Origin: a virus
Virus record (IMG/VR): IMGVR_UViG_3300012964_000006
Coordinates: 1-54,070 of that record
DNA length: 54,070 bases
Reading direction: 5' to 3' (one strand)
Position numbers and translations under genes: made by a program. Shown piece after piece: positions 32,339 to 40,953 of this stretch. Position 1 is the stretch's first letter. Each line of letters opens with the position of its first letter. The notes under the pieces were generated by a model that made no database searches, had not been told where the DNA came from, and was given only the letters and a program-made list of their open reading frames with translations.

Positions 32339-35106
32339 AATCCCCTCAAAAGCCCAAAAATAAAGTCAAAGTAGTCTGGATCGGCTTTGGCAAATGCCGC
32401 CGGGTCTGCCCACATATTTTCCATCCCCATTGATATAATTTCAGTGGCGTACCGTTGCCCCGTAGCCTTATTTAGATATTCCTTGCCCATATACGAACTG
32501 GTAAACTTGTCCCGGCGCGCAACCTCGTGTTTTTCGTAGCTACCCCCTAACCATTCCAGGGTTTCGCCCTTTGTTCGCCGGTCGTAAAACTCCAGGGCTT
32601 TTTGATGGACTCTTGGGTCCATATCTTCTAACCAATGTCCCAATTCGTGAATAGCCGTTCTTTGCCCGTCCCCCTTGCCAAGTACGACGCTGCCATTAAG
32701 GTCATAAAACGCACGGCCCTTACCCCTCGGCTTAATACCAACCGTCCTGCCATCAATGGTCCCTGTGCCAACCATCTTGGAAAATTCCTCGGCTCCGTCC
32801 TTGTACGCGGCCCGCCTGGTCTTATCAAATGTCCCCTCGAATTTTGTTTTTATCTGAGCGGGTTTTTTGACATAGAGAACTTCACGCTGACGAGACAGCA
32901 AACCCTGTTTTATTTCTGTAAGTTGGTTTACTAATGATGAGTGATGTATAACCTTCGCGTCAATGTCGCGGCTCATTTGCCTATATAATTCCCGGTCTGC
33001 GTCTGTCCAATTGGGATAATTATCGTAGAAGTTTCGCTTCTTTTCCCACATAGAATTTAATTCATCATCGGCCGTACTTATTTGCGCCCTCAGGCCCTTA
33101 ATTTCTTTGTCAAGTTTGTCCGGTATCGTTTCAAGTATTTGACTTCTGGCCCGTTGTCCCACATTAGCCAGTGCTTTCATTTGCTGGATCTTTAGTTGCT
33201 GCGCGCGCCTTTCTTCCTTTTCGCCCTGTGCCCTATCCCGCCGCATCTTTTCGTTGACGACTTTTTTATCTAGCGGCGTCTCGACTGCGCCTATGGCCGG
33301 GTGTATTGTCACCATCGAACAACGACAATTCTTGACAATAAACGTATTGCTGATGTATAATTGTTCTATAGTTTGGAGGTCAAAAACGTGTCCAGAAAAA
33401 TCGAAATTCCTAACCTTGATGATTTGATTATTCGATATAAATCCGGCGAATCTATTAAAGAATTGTCGCGCCAAATTGGTATAGGTGGTGGGCCTCTCTG
33501 CCGACGATTTGCTCAGGCTGGTGTGAAAATTAGACACCCCAAGCGCGTCGACGTACCCAACCTCGGCGTCATTGTAGCCAGGTATGCCGCCGGTGAACCG
33601 GAACAAAGACTCGCCAAAGAATACGGTATAACCCGTACTATTCTGCGTCGTCGGTTGATTGAGGCCGGGGTGCCCATTCGTGGCATTAGTGAAGCCAACA
33701 CGATTCGGATGCAAAATATGTCTCCCGGGAATCGCCTGGTTTTGACCGAAGCCGCCCACTCTGCCGTAAGGGGTAAAAAGCGCACCGAGGCCGAACTTAT
33801 CAAGCGGGCCATAACCCGTCAGGAAACCTTGCAGTATGTTACCCCGGCTGAATTGATTTTGATCGAAATGCTCGGGGAGCGCGGTATCATTCTTACTCCG
33901 CAAAAAGCCTACGGCCGGTACAATATCGATATTGCCCTTGATGAATTTCCCGTCGCCGTGGAAGTAATGGGGCATAACGGCGCTTACCGCTTGAAAACCC
34001 TCTCTGGCTACAACCGAAAGAGAACCCCATATCTCCTCGATTCTGGTTGGCACGTGGTCATTGTCCGGGTCGACGGTACGCGCTATTTCATTACCCCGGC
34101 TGCTGCCGATTACATAGTCGCCTTCACGCAAGAACTTGGCCGCAACAAACCCCCTACTAGTCAATATCGGGTGATTGGGGGTAACGGTGAGTTGTTTACC
34201 GCTGTCTATGGTTAGCTCGATGGCTGGTCCATCATAAAAGGACCGAGCCGCCGCAACCAAGCCAGGGGCGATAACACTATTGCCTGGCAAAATACAGTTG
34301 ACGGTTTCTTGCGCTCCCCCGGCCGGATCGCCCGGCTGCATCAAAAACGAGCCGCCCACCTGAAACGGCTGGCTCACCGGAATAGGTGCAAAGAAATACC
34401 GGCTATGGGCTATCAGGTGACTTCGACGCGTTCTCCTGTCTGCCGCCGCTAACCATCGCTTTTGTAGTTCTGGTATCGCTTTTGCTGTCTCCGCCTGTTG
34501 GCTTGCCGCCGCCAGGTTGTAAACGCGGGTCATCTCTGTCCGGGCGATAGCCTCGGACCTGGCGGCAACGCCCGTGACAATCTCCGGCCTGCGCCTGATT
34601 CCCCACGCGCCCGCCCGGGCCTCCGTGCCGAGTATGTCCGTTATGGCTTTCATCGTGTCCAATGGGCTGCGCTGTCCCAGCGTGGCCAGCCTCAGTTGTA
34701 CGTCAATCTGGCCCCGCATCGTGTCGCTGACATTACGGATAAGCGCGGCGCTGTAATCAAACGAGGCGTTCAGTTGCGCCGGGTTGATGACGTTAAACGC
34801 CCCTCCAAGGTCTGCCTGTATGATCGGGTCCACCACGGAGTCGCCGCCAAGTCGCGCCGCCTGGTTAAATGATTGCCGCAGATTGGCGTCAAGCCGGGCC
34901 TGGTACTCGTCAATCATCCGGTTTATGCTCGTCTGCATCTCGCCCATTCGCCAGGCGGCAAATTCGGACGTGGCAACCTGTCCGGCGATTTGATTCCGCA
35001 AATCCTGGAGGGCCGAGATAAGCGCCTTCACGGTGTCATCTTCCAGGGAGACATACCGGCGAATGACCGAATCAAGCGCGGTTTTATACTTCTGCTTTGG
35101 GGTCAT
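32335..35106 (-). CDS. Head morphogenesis / minor capsid protein (Mu F / SPP1 gp7-like) interrupted by an intein, with a C-terminal HExxH domain
   Basis: MuF-like N-domain ending ..ETVN | intein | CRCSMV (N-CRC motif); position after portal; HELGH at 32635-32649. Confidence 0.75.
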   Translation of the reverse strand: MTPKQKYKTALDSVIRRYVSLEDDTVKALISALQDLRNQIAGQVATSEFAAWRMGEMQTSINRMIDEYQARLDANLRQSFNQAARLGGDSVVDPIIQADLGGAFNVINPAQLNASFDYSAALIRNVSDTMRGQIDVQLRLATLGQRSPLDTMKAITDILGTEARAGAWGIRRRPEIVTGVAARSEAIARTEMTRVYNLAAASQQAETAKAIPELQKRWLAAADRRTRRSHLIAHSRYFFAPIPVSQPFQVGGSFLMQPGDPAGGAQETVNCILPGNSVIAPGLVAAARSFYDGPAIELTIDSGKQLTVTPNHPILTSRGFVAAKFLREGDYVIGSSRGNEIARTVDPDNDHVPTRIEEIWGSLSVVAREGFQAVSAVMPHYFHGDGKFIKGNIDIVPAVGFLRSKNDTALPEHFDQNQFSRGNILQGFLTGYGPLDKFGLGALFTPYGRVGGFGQNQAIPGRHILHPNRVGFTNATNGHPGLNQPTTQNSTGYTVFFGESLFRFTGGIPGYNDAEVGYVDALGVSNFHTSLSKSSAERPTTYTNLARQFFNRFAGFISNNQIIKVRNFDFSGHVFDLQTIEQLYISNTFIVKNCRCSMVTIHPAIGAVETPLDKKVVNEKMRRDRAQGEKEERRAQQLKIQQMKALANVGQRARSQILETIPDKLDKEIKGLRAQISTADDELNSMWEKKRNFYDNYPNWTDADRELYRQMSRDIDAKVIHHSSLVNQLTEIKQGLLSRQREVLYVKKPAQIKTKFEGTFDKTRRAAYKDGAEEFSKMVGTGTIDGRTVGIKPRGKGRAFYDLNGSVVLGKGDGQRTAIHELGHWLEDMDPRVHQKALEFYDRRTKGETLEWLGGSYEKHEVARRDKFTSSYMGKEYLNKATGQRYATEIISMGMENMWADPAAFAKADPDYFDFIFGLLRGF
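33332..33361 (+). promoter_or_regulatory. Promoter TTGACA-18-TATAAT for the antisense endonuclease gene
   Basis: TTGACA 33332-33337 (overlaps intein codons VKN), TATAAT 33356-33361, GGAGG 33375-33379. Confidence 0.6.
33388..34215 (+). CDS. HTH-repeat plus Vsr/DUF559-type PD-(D/E)XK endonuclease (homing endonuclease candidate), antisense within the intein
   Basis: GTG 33388 after GGAGG; repeats IIRYKSGESIKELSRQIG / IVARYAAGEPEQRLAKEYG; nuclease core GRYNIDIALDEFPVAVEVMGH..GWHVVIV. Confidence 0.65.
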   Translation: MSRKIEIPNLDDLIIRYKSGESIKELSRQIGIGGGPLCRRFAQAGVKIRHPKRVDVPNLGVIVARYAAGEPEQRLAKEYGITRTILRRRLIEAGVPIRGISEANTIRMQNMSPGNRLVLTEAAHSAVRGKKRTEAELIKRAITRQETLQYVTPAELILIEMLGERGIILTPQKAYGRYNIDIALDEFPVAVEVMGHNGAYRLKTLSGYNRKRTPYLLDSGWHVVIVRVDGTRYFITPAAADYIVAFTQELGRNKPPTSQYRVIGGNGELFTAVYG

Positions 35107-35136
35107 AGTCTTTGTCAGTTATTACGGTAATATTAC

Positions 35137-35289
35137 TTAAATGCGCACTAAGCTGGGTCGTAACCAGCCAATGGGCCGATAAAAAACTAACCCGCTGCTA
35201 CATACCTCTGTGACAATACCCAAATGATCATCGTAACGCTCGTGGACTCGGATCATATCACCTGGCTTAATTGGGTCGCTGTGTTCCAT
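35137..35289 (-). CDS. Hypothetical small protein (50 aa)
   Basis: ORF 35137..35358 trimmed to ATG 35289 (MEHSDPIK) after the portal stop. Confidence 0.45.
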   Translation of the reverse strand: MEHSDPIKPGDMIRVHERYDDHLGIVTEVCSSGLVFYRPIGWLRPSLVRI

Positions 35290-36877
35290 TTCTCCCTTGC
35301 CTTTCTGGCTGTAATTCGTCCTCCGCCGGCTCATCCTCTGCCGGCATATCTTCCTCATCCCCCGCCATAAGATTCATTGGCGACGGCTCCGGTTCCTCGG
35401 GTTTTTCTTCCTCTGCCTTTTCTAACTCCTCTCTTACGTCGATTTCAACGCCAAACTCCGCCGCCACTTTGGCCCAAATCTGAGCCGCTTTCTCGTGGCT
35501 GACCCAGCCGGTTTGTTCTGCAACCGTCAACGCGCTGGTGAGTTGGGTCAGGGCCGTGGCGTTTTTGCTGGTGTCCTTGCTGGTCATCTCGGGAGCGACA
35601 ACCTCAATTTCCCCGGCCTCATCGTCACCACTCCACGCGCCGGCAATTACAGCCTGGTCACGCTGGAAATTGAGCATCATTGTTAGCATCTCAGTGACGT
35701 ATGATTGCCGGTCCTCCAGCGACTTCCAAGACGGGTCGCCCTGCTCTGCCGCTGTCGCCCGGTTGGCTGCGTCACCATTGGCATACCAATGCTCGGGGAT
35801 GCCCAGGCCGCCGAGGATGAAAGTTAACTGGGTGCGAACCACGGCAATGGATTCGGTTTGTCGCAAATCAGGCTTTTTCAGTTCCCAAATCTCTTTTTCA
35901 TTGTGGGCGTTGACCGCGCCCTTTTTCGGCGGCATTGCCCGGATTTCATTGGTCCGTTTAATCACTTCCTGTGGACTAATTCCTTCGAGCGTTACGTCCC
36001 AGGAGAAATACCCGGCAAACTGCTCCTTTTCGCCAATCTCGAAAAGGGTCATATCTAACTGATCAAGCCAGTCCAACACCTGCAGCAGGTCCGAAAAGCC
36101 GCGCGATTGATTGCTAACATTGTTTACCTGAAACAGAAAGCACGAGCCGGTATACTGTTGCAATCCCAACCCGGCAAGCCACACTTGCTCCCACGGCTCA
36201 AGCGTTGCCTGTTCTGCCAGGACAAGCCGGCCGACATTCTCCGCGTCAACCACGCGCCCATCCTGTACGACCGGTTCTTGTTCCCGAATGACCCGGTAAA
36301 CCATTTCCCGCGTAGCCCCCTGCCCCTTTTTCAGCACAACGGCCCATTTCTCCATTGCATTGTCAGGGTGACATTTGATCTCCAGTATCTGGCCTGGGTC
36401 GATGTAGCCAAGACGGGTCAAGCCATCGGCCCGGCGCACAAACGCCGGGTAAACCTGCTCACCCCACAAGCCAAGCTGCAGGACGAATTGCTTAATACGA
36501 TGCTTTAGCCGGTTGACCTCCCAAAAGGAGTCCAATATTTCCCGCAGGCCGTCATCCTCTACCTCGTAGGTAATACCACGGCCCACCACGTAAGCAACCA
36601 TCAGGGCCAGGACGCGCTTGGCCACCGGGTTGGATTGGTACACGCTCCAAACGGCTTCGATGATTTTATCATAGCTCAGCTTGGAGAAATCCCGCAGCAT
36701 ACGACCGGCGACCCTGTAACCCTGGCCACCCGGTTTGAATTGGCTTGTGCCCGGGTCGTCGTTGCCGTCCTGATAGCCGGCATAATAGGCTGATTGCCTG
36801 GCCTCGGTTAGTCGGGCGTTAAAGTCGTCTTTTGTGACCAGGCCAAGAGCCTCGTAAATTCTATCTGTGATTCCCAT
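35267..36877 (-). CDS. Portal protein
   Basis: 536 aa directly after the large terminase; acidic C-terminal tail. Confidence 0.8.
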   Translation of the reverse strand: MGITDRIYEALGLVTKDDFNARLTEARQSAYYAGYQDGNDDPGTSQFKPGGQGYRVAGRMLRDFSKLSYDKIIEAVWSVYQSNPVAKRVLALMVAYVVGRGITYEVEDDGLREILDSFWEVNRLKHRIKQFVLQLGLWGEQVYPAFVRRADGLTRLGYIDPGQILEIKCHPDNAMEKWAVVLKKGQGATREMVYRVIREQEPVVQDGRVVDAENVGRLVLAEQATLEPWEQVWLAGLGLQQYTGSCFLFQVNNVSNQSRGFSDLLQVLDWLDQLDMTLFEIGEKEQFAGYFSWDVTLEGISPQEVIKRTNEIRAMPPKKGAVNAHNEKEIWELKKPDLRQTESIAVVRTQLTFILGGLGIPEHWYANGDAANRATAAEQGDPSWKSLEDRQSYVTEMLTMMLNFQRDQAVIAGAWSGDDEAGEIEVVAPEMTSKDTSKNATALTQLTSALTVAEQTGWVSHEKAAQIWAKVAAEFGVEIDVREELEKAEEEKPEEPEPSPMNLMAGDEEDMPAEDEPAEDELQPERQGRNGTQRPN

Positions 36878-38456
36878 CGAATACGCTCCTTCGCTGGCTC
36901 CGGTAGGTGTCCAGCGGAATGTCGGTGATTGCGCCGGCGGGTGGAGGACCGCCGCCGGGAAGATGAGCCATCATAAGGGCCTCGCCCACGTCGGGGCTGC
37001 GCCCAATCCGTTTTTTAATCTCGTCCTTTTCTTCGATCTGGACAACGCCGCCGGCCAGCATCCTATATTTTGCCGCGCACAAATCCGCAACGATTTCGTT
37101 ACCCGGCGGTAGGGCCAGGTTGTCGCCGTGAACGGGATCAAGCGCCACCCGCATCCGCCAATAATATTCGGCCCGGGTATTTTTCATCCTCAATACGACG
37201 TCGCCGGTTTCCGTCTTTATCTCGTAATCGGACCCGGCCGCCGCGTTGACCGGGTGAACCTTGCCGGGCCACATTACCTTCATACTGTCGTAGGGTGACG
37301 AGCCAATACCGGCCGCGTCTATGTTGATATAGCCTATATGCGGCTCGTCTTTCAGCACGTCGTAAAACACGCCGGCCGCCGCTGGACCGTCCTCAATATT
37401 CACGCCTGGCACTTTTTTCACCTCGTCAAACCACCAGCCATAACGTTTAGCCAGGGCAAGGAAATCTTTACCGCCCCTGGCCATATCGCCCCCAACGCCC
37501 GACAAGGGGATACCGGGCTTCTCCGCTTCCATCCATCGCCGTTGTGCTGCTCGTACCCATTCGGTTGGGATAACCTGCCAGGGGTCGGTTGATTTACCGG
37601 CCGTAAAATCGCCGTCAAGCAATTGGCTTCTAAGTGGCTCAGGAAGCGATTGCAGGACTGACAAATATTGATTGTCACTCGATAGGTAGATGTTGTCTTG
37701 GAGTTTTGCGGGGATGAATGTTCGGCTGCGCGGGTAGATTGTCCGGCCGTTGACTTCGACGGGAGCGCCGCTTTTGAGCCATACAACCCTGTCGCCGTCA
37801 TAATAATACCATCGCAGTTCGCCGGGTTTTGCCGGGTCGGAGTGGTTAGGATCAAGCCAGGGCGCCCATTCTTCGACAATCCAACTGCCGGCCTCGTCCG
37901 TGGGAGGGTTGCAGGTACACACGACCCGGCAACGCTGGCCCCTGACCGTGGTCCGATTCCAGCCGATGATAAACAGGTATTGTGTCCTGGTAAATTCCGT
38001 GATTTCATCGAAAGCCTTTAAATCACCCGCCCGCCCTTGCCAGTTTTTCTTGTTTTCCTCGTATTGGACCGCGCCAAATTCGATAACCCGATTGCCGACC
38101 CGCCAAACCTTTTCAACCTTGTTATAGTTCTTTTCGTCCCCAATGATCTCGACGCTCCGGTCTATTAGCCCGCGTAAGTTTGGGTAGACCCGGCGGAATA
38201 TCTGTGAGCGTCGATGCTGGGTCAGGGCCAGGCCAAGAATTAAATCAGATTTGCCCCCGCCGGCCTGCCCACCATAAAGCAATTCATCAGCCGGGCTTTC
38301 AAGGGCCTGCGTCTGTGGGCCGGGTTGGGGTTGCCAAATCGTCCGGCTCGTCACCTGCGAGGGCTTCAAGAAGTCGAATTGCTTTATCGGCAATGACCCC
38401 GTGTAGTACCGCAACTTCCGAGGCGGGTTGTTTGTGTAGCCATTCCTCATCAGCAA
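36861..38456 (-). CDS. terL: Terminase large subunit
   Basis: PQPGPQ..LLYGGQAGGGKSD Walker A, nuclease C-domain; maximal ORF overlaps terS by 158 nt, so the true start is uncertain (ATG 38450 or GTG 38354). Confidence 0.85.
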   Translation of the reverse strand: MLMRNGYTNNPPRKLRYYTGSLPIKQFDFLKPSQVTSRTIWQPQPGPQTQALESPADELLYGGQAGGGKSDLILGLALTQHRRSQIFRRVYPNLRGLIDRSVEIIGDEKNYNKVEKVWRVGNRVIEFGAVQYEENKKNWQGRAGDLKAFDEITEFTRTQYLFIIGWNRTTVRGQRCRVVCTCNPPTDEAGSWIVEEWAPWLDPNHSDPAKPGELRWYYYDGDRVVWLKSGAPVEVNGRTIYPRSRTFIPAKLQDNIYLSSDNQYLSVLQSLPEPLRSQLLDGDFTAGKSTDPWQVIPTEWVRAAQRRWMEAEKPGIPLSGVGGDMARGGKDFLALAKRYGWWFDEVKKVPGVNIEDGPAAAGVFYDVLKDEPHIGYINIDAAGIGSSPYDSMKVMWPGKVHPVNAAAGSDYEIKTETGDVVLRMKNTRAEYYWRMRVALDPVHGDNLALPPGNEIVADLCAAKYRMLAGGVVQIEEKDEIKKRIGRSPDVGEALMMAHLPGGGPPPAGAITDIPLDTYRSQRRSVFDGNHR

Positions 38457-38700
38457 ACGCCCTGACCTGTATCCTTAACGTGTTAAGCGATTCGGCTAAA
38501 TAGCCAACGATTAAATTTCCGATTTCCTTTTTTGTGTCCGAATCGGTCGATATTTTCCGGTCAATACTCGCTGACCAGGTGGCTATTGTGCCGCGTGGAA
38601 TATTATATTGTCGGGCAACCTCCCTGACAGACTGACCAGCCAGGAGCGCCGCCATAACCTCGGCTTTTTGCTCTTCGGAATATTCCCGCTTAGTTGCCAC
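38299..38700 (-). CDS. terS: Terminase small subunit candidate (HTH)
   Basis: LLAGQSVREVARQYNIPRGTIATW HTH; immediately upstream of terL; GTG start. Confidence 0.5.
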   Translation of the reverse strand: MATKREYSEEQKAEVMAALLAGQSVREVARQYNIPRGTIATWSASIDRKISTDSDTKKEIGNLIVGYLAESLNTLRIQVRAFADEEWLHKQPASEVAVLHGVIADKAIRLLEALAGDEPDDLATPTRPTDAGP

Positions 38701-38711
38701 GAATCACACCC

Positions 38712-38846
38712 CTACACAATCAGCGTCACAACCAACACGGCAAACGCCAGCCATTCCCAACTCACTGCCGCCTGTACCCGGAAACCGGCCAGGGCAAACA
38801 GAACAGCCGCTACCACATAAAGCACAAGATCGATGCTCAGGGTCAT
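38712..38846 (-). CDS. Small membrane peptide (44 aa)
   Basis: Hand translation MTLSIDLVLYVVAAVLFALAGFRVQAAVSWEWLAFAVLVVTLIV; GGAGG upstream. Confidence 0.45.
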   Translation of the reverse strand: MTLSIDLVLYVVAAVLFALAGFRVQAAVSWEWLAFAVLVVTLIV

Positions 38847-38856
38847 AATTCCTCCT

Positions 38857-39429
38857 CTATTCGTACTCCGCTATTAATGCTTTCAACTTTGCCAGGAACG
38901 CTGGCAACCTGTCGACTTCCCCCGGCTCTGGCTCTGGCTCCGGGTCAGGCCCCGGTCCCATCCCATATTGGACGAGCTGCCATACCACGTAAAACGAGTG
39001 ATGCCCCAGTGTATTCCCCTGTCCCTCGTCCTGATGCCTGGTGTGGACATTTAACACCCGCTCGGAACGGTGAACACTGGCAACCTCGGCCCATATATTC
39101 TGAGGCCAATAAATGGCGATGTTGCCACCCGGCTCGTTCGCTGGTTTGTCCAGGGTGATGTCGGGGGAATTTTCATTTGGCCCCTGGCCCTCCCACCCCC
39201 AGGCAATCAGGCCGCCAGTTACCGCCCCCTCGCGGGTCAGAGTGTTCAGGAAAAGGTTATGCTTGCCGGCATTCTCGTCTGACGCCAGGTGGTGGACACC
39301 AATCACGCGCCAGTACAGATCACCAGGCGCCAGGCCGTCGGCCGGTTCAATAGCGATGTTGTAACGAAAGGCATCGGTCAAGTCAGGAGTTACCAGCCAT
39401 TTGTTGATAATGGACAGATGATTAAACAT
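38857..39429 (-). CDS. Hypothetical protein
   Basis: 190-aa ORF with a (PE)n linker near the C-terminus. Confidence 0.6.
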   Translation of the reverse strand: MFNHLSIINKWLVTPDLTDAFRYNIAIEPADGLAPGDLYWRVIGVHHLASDENAGKHNLFLNTLTREGAVTGGLIAWGWEGQGPNENSPDITLDKPANEPGGNIAIYWPQNIWAEVASVHRSERVLNVHTRHQDEGQGNTLGHHSFYVVWQLVQYGMGPGPDPEPEPEPGEVDRLPAFLAKLKALIAEYE

Positions 39430-39739
39430 TGGCCCACCTGCTTTTTGCCCACAATTTCAGTCGGACCCACAAGGGCGGCCGCCGTCCCCATTGAATGTGT
39501 GCCGGCGGGGGCAACTTTTGAAGCAATTCGTCCACACTGCCAACCCAGCGCCACTCGGGAATAATAAGCCGCTGGCCTACCTGGATACCACGAACCACCG
39601 GCTGGTATTTCCCCTCGTGCAGCATCACCAGCCGGAATGATTTGACCCCGTACAGCGACCAGATAACTACGAGCAAGGCCCATAGGACGAGCAGGACCGT
39701 AACGCCGAAAATGGCATAATTAATGATGCTGGACATCAA
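39422..39739 (-). CDS. Membrane protein (N-terminal TM helix)
   Basis: MMSSIINYAIFGVTVLLVLWALLVVIW. Confidence 0.55.
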   Translation of the reverse strand: MMSSIINYAIFGVTVLLVLWALLVVIWSLYGVKSFRLVMLHEGKYQPVVRGIQVGQRLIIPEWRWVGSVDELLQKLPPPAHIQWGRRPPLWVRLKLWAKSRWANV

Positions 39740-39767
39740 AAGAACACCTGTTCGATTCGGATAGAAA

Positions 39768-40301
39768 TTAACCTACTTTTTTACCGGGCAGCAACCCCAG
39801 CAAGGGCGAATTATCAACGTTGTAGTAGCCAATCGAGAAAAGGACATCATAAATTAGGTCTATTGTTTCCGGGTGGGCTTTGATTTTATCGCCTATCAGG
39901 TGGGTGTTTAGCCAGTCGGACATATCCCACGAGCCGGTATAAGCCCGGCTGGCACCCATCCAGTCGGCAACCATTTCACGGACGTAAACCACGGGCATCG
40001 GCATCAGGCCAGATATAATCTTGCTCCCTGTCGGGCTGTAGCCATCGGGGAAAATCCAATGCTGCCAATGATGAGGATTATAGTGGATATGATGCAACCA
40101 GGCCCGTGCAAACCCGTCGGGGTCGCCCTTGTCGCCGTGAAATTGCCGGGCGTAATGCGGATACTCCGCCTCGGTAAATTTACTGGCATCGTGATTAAAT
40201 AGCGCCTCTTCGGGTATACCACCGACGATCAGGCCGGCCTCCAGGACGTATAATTTGTGCAAGTGCAATGATTCAAAAAAATCCTTAATCGCTTGATCCA
40301 C
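39768..40301 (-). CDS. His-rich metal-binding-like protein (DUF5662-like, tentative)
   Basis: HDASKF..WLHHIHYNPHHWQHW pattern. Confidence 0.5.
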   Translation of the reverse strand: MDQAIKDFFESLHLHKLYVLEAGLIVGGIPEEALFNHDASKFTEAEYPHYARQFHGDKGDPDGFARAWLHHIHYNPHHWQHWIFPDGYSPTGSKIISGLMPMPVVYVREMVADWMGASRAYTGSWDMSDWLNTHLIGDKIKAHPETIDLIYDVLFSIGYYNVDNSPLLGLLPGKKVG

Positions 40302-40345
40302 GATTACCCATCACTTTCTTTTATCGCGCTCCCCTGCGTGTAGTA

Positions 40346-40639
40346 CTACGCGGCCTTTTTTGTGGCTTTGGTGAGTTGGTAGAACCCGGCGACGACCAGG
40401 AAAATAAAGACGCTCTGCGCCACCGGCTCAGCAACCGCCAGGTATTGGGGGTAAGCCAGGAGCAGGCGGTCAAGACCGTAAGCGCCGGCCGACAGAGCGC
40501 CGGCTAAATACCGGGCGTTTTCATCGGCAATCCACTGGAAATGTTTGGCCAGGGCAACCAGGCCCACGATCAGGGGAACCCAGGCGACCGCGCCGATTGA
40601 AAGATTTTGAATGAGAGAAAAGTCAATGTCCATAATCAA
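40346..40639 (-). CDS. Holin-like membrane protein (tentative)
   Basis: 97 aa, 2-3 TM helices, basic C-terminus. Confidence 0.45.
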   Translation of the reverse strand: MIMDIDFSLIQNLSIGAVAWVPLIVGLVALAKHFQWIADENARYLAGALSAGAYGLDRLLLAYPQYLAVAEPVAQSVFIFLVVAGFYQLTKATKKAA

Positions 40640-40875
40640 CCCTCCAGGGGCCAGTAATCGCGCTGATTGACAAATATCTGGTGATAGGCCATCGCCTTTT
40701 CAACATCGGTCTTGACGATGGCATACCGCCGGGCCAGTTCGCCGCGCTCTTTTGGTTTGGCCGCGTCGATGGCATTCATCAACTCACGGAAACGGATTTG
40801 AACAAGGTCGTCAGGATGAATAGGCCCAGGAATGCTATCGTCCTGCTCTTTGGTTTCGACGTTAATTTCGTTCAT
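40636..40875 (-). CDS. Hypothetical protein
   Basis: 79-aa ORF. Confidence 0.5.
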   Translation of the reverse strand: MNEINVETKEQDDSIPGPIHPDDLVQIRFRELMNAIDAAKPKERGELARRYAIVKTDVEKAMAYHQIFVNQRDYWPLEG

Positions 40876-40953
40876 TGTGGTATTTTGCCTTTCTGATTTT
40901 TTAATGTCATACGACGCACTATACCAGTTATACGACGTATGATGTGTATTTAG

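Larger units (their letters stand above)
33328..34296 (-). mobile_element. Intein (323 aa) in the MuF gene
   Basis: Cys1 TGT 34294-34296 (CILPGNSV), block B TVTPNHPILT, block F GHVFDLQ, terminal ..FIVKN (AAT 33328-33330) followed by +1 Cys. Confidence 0.7.
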
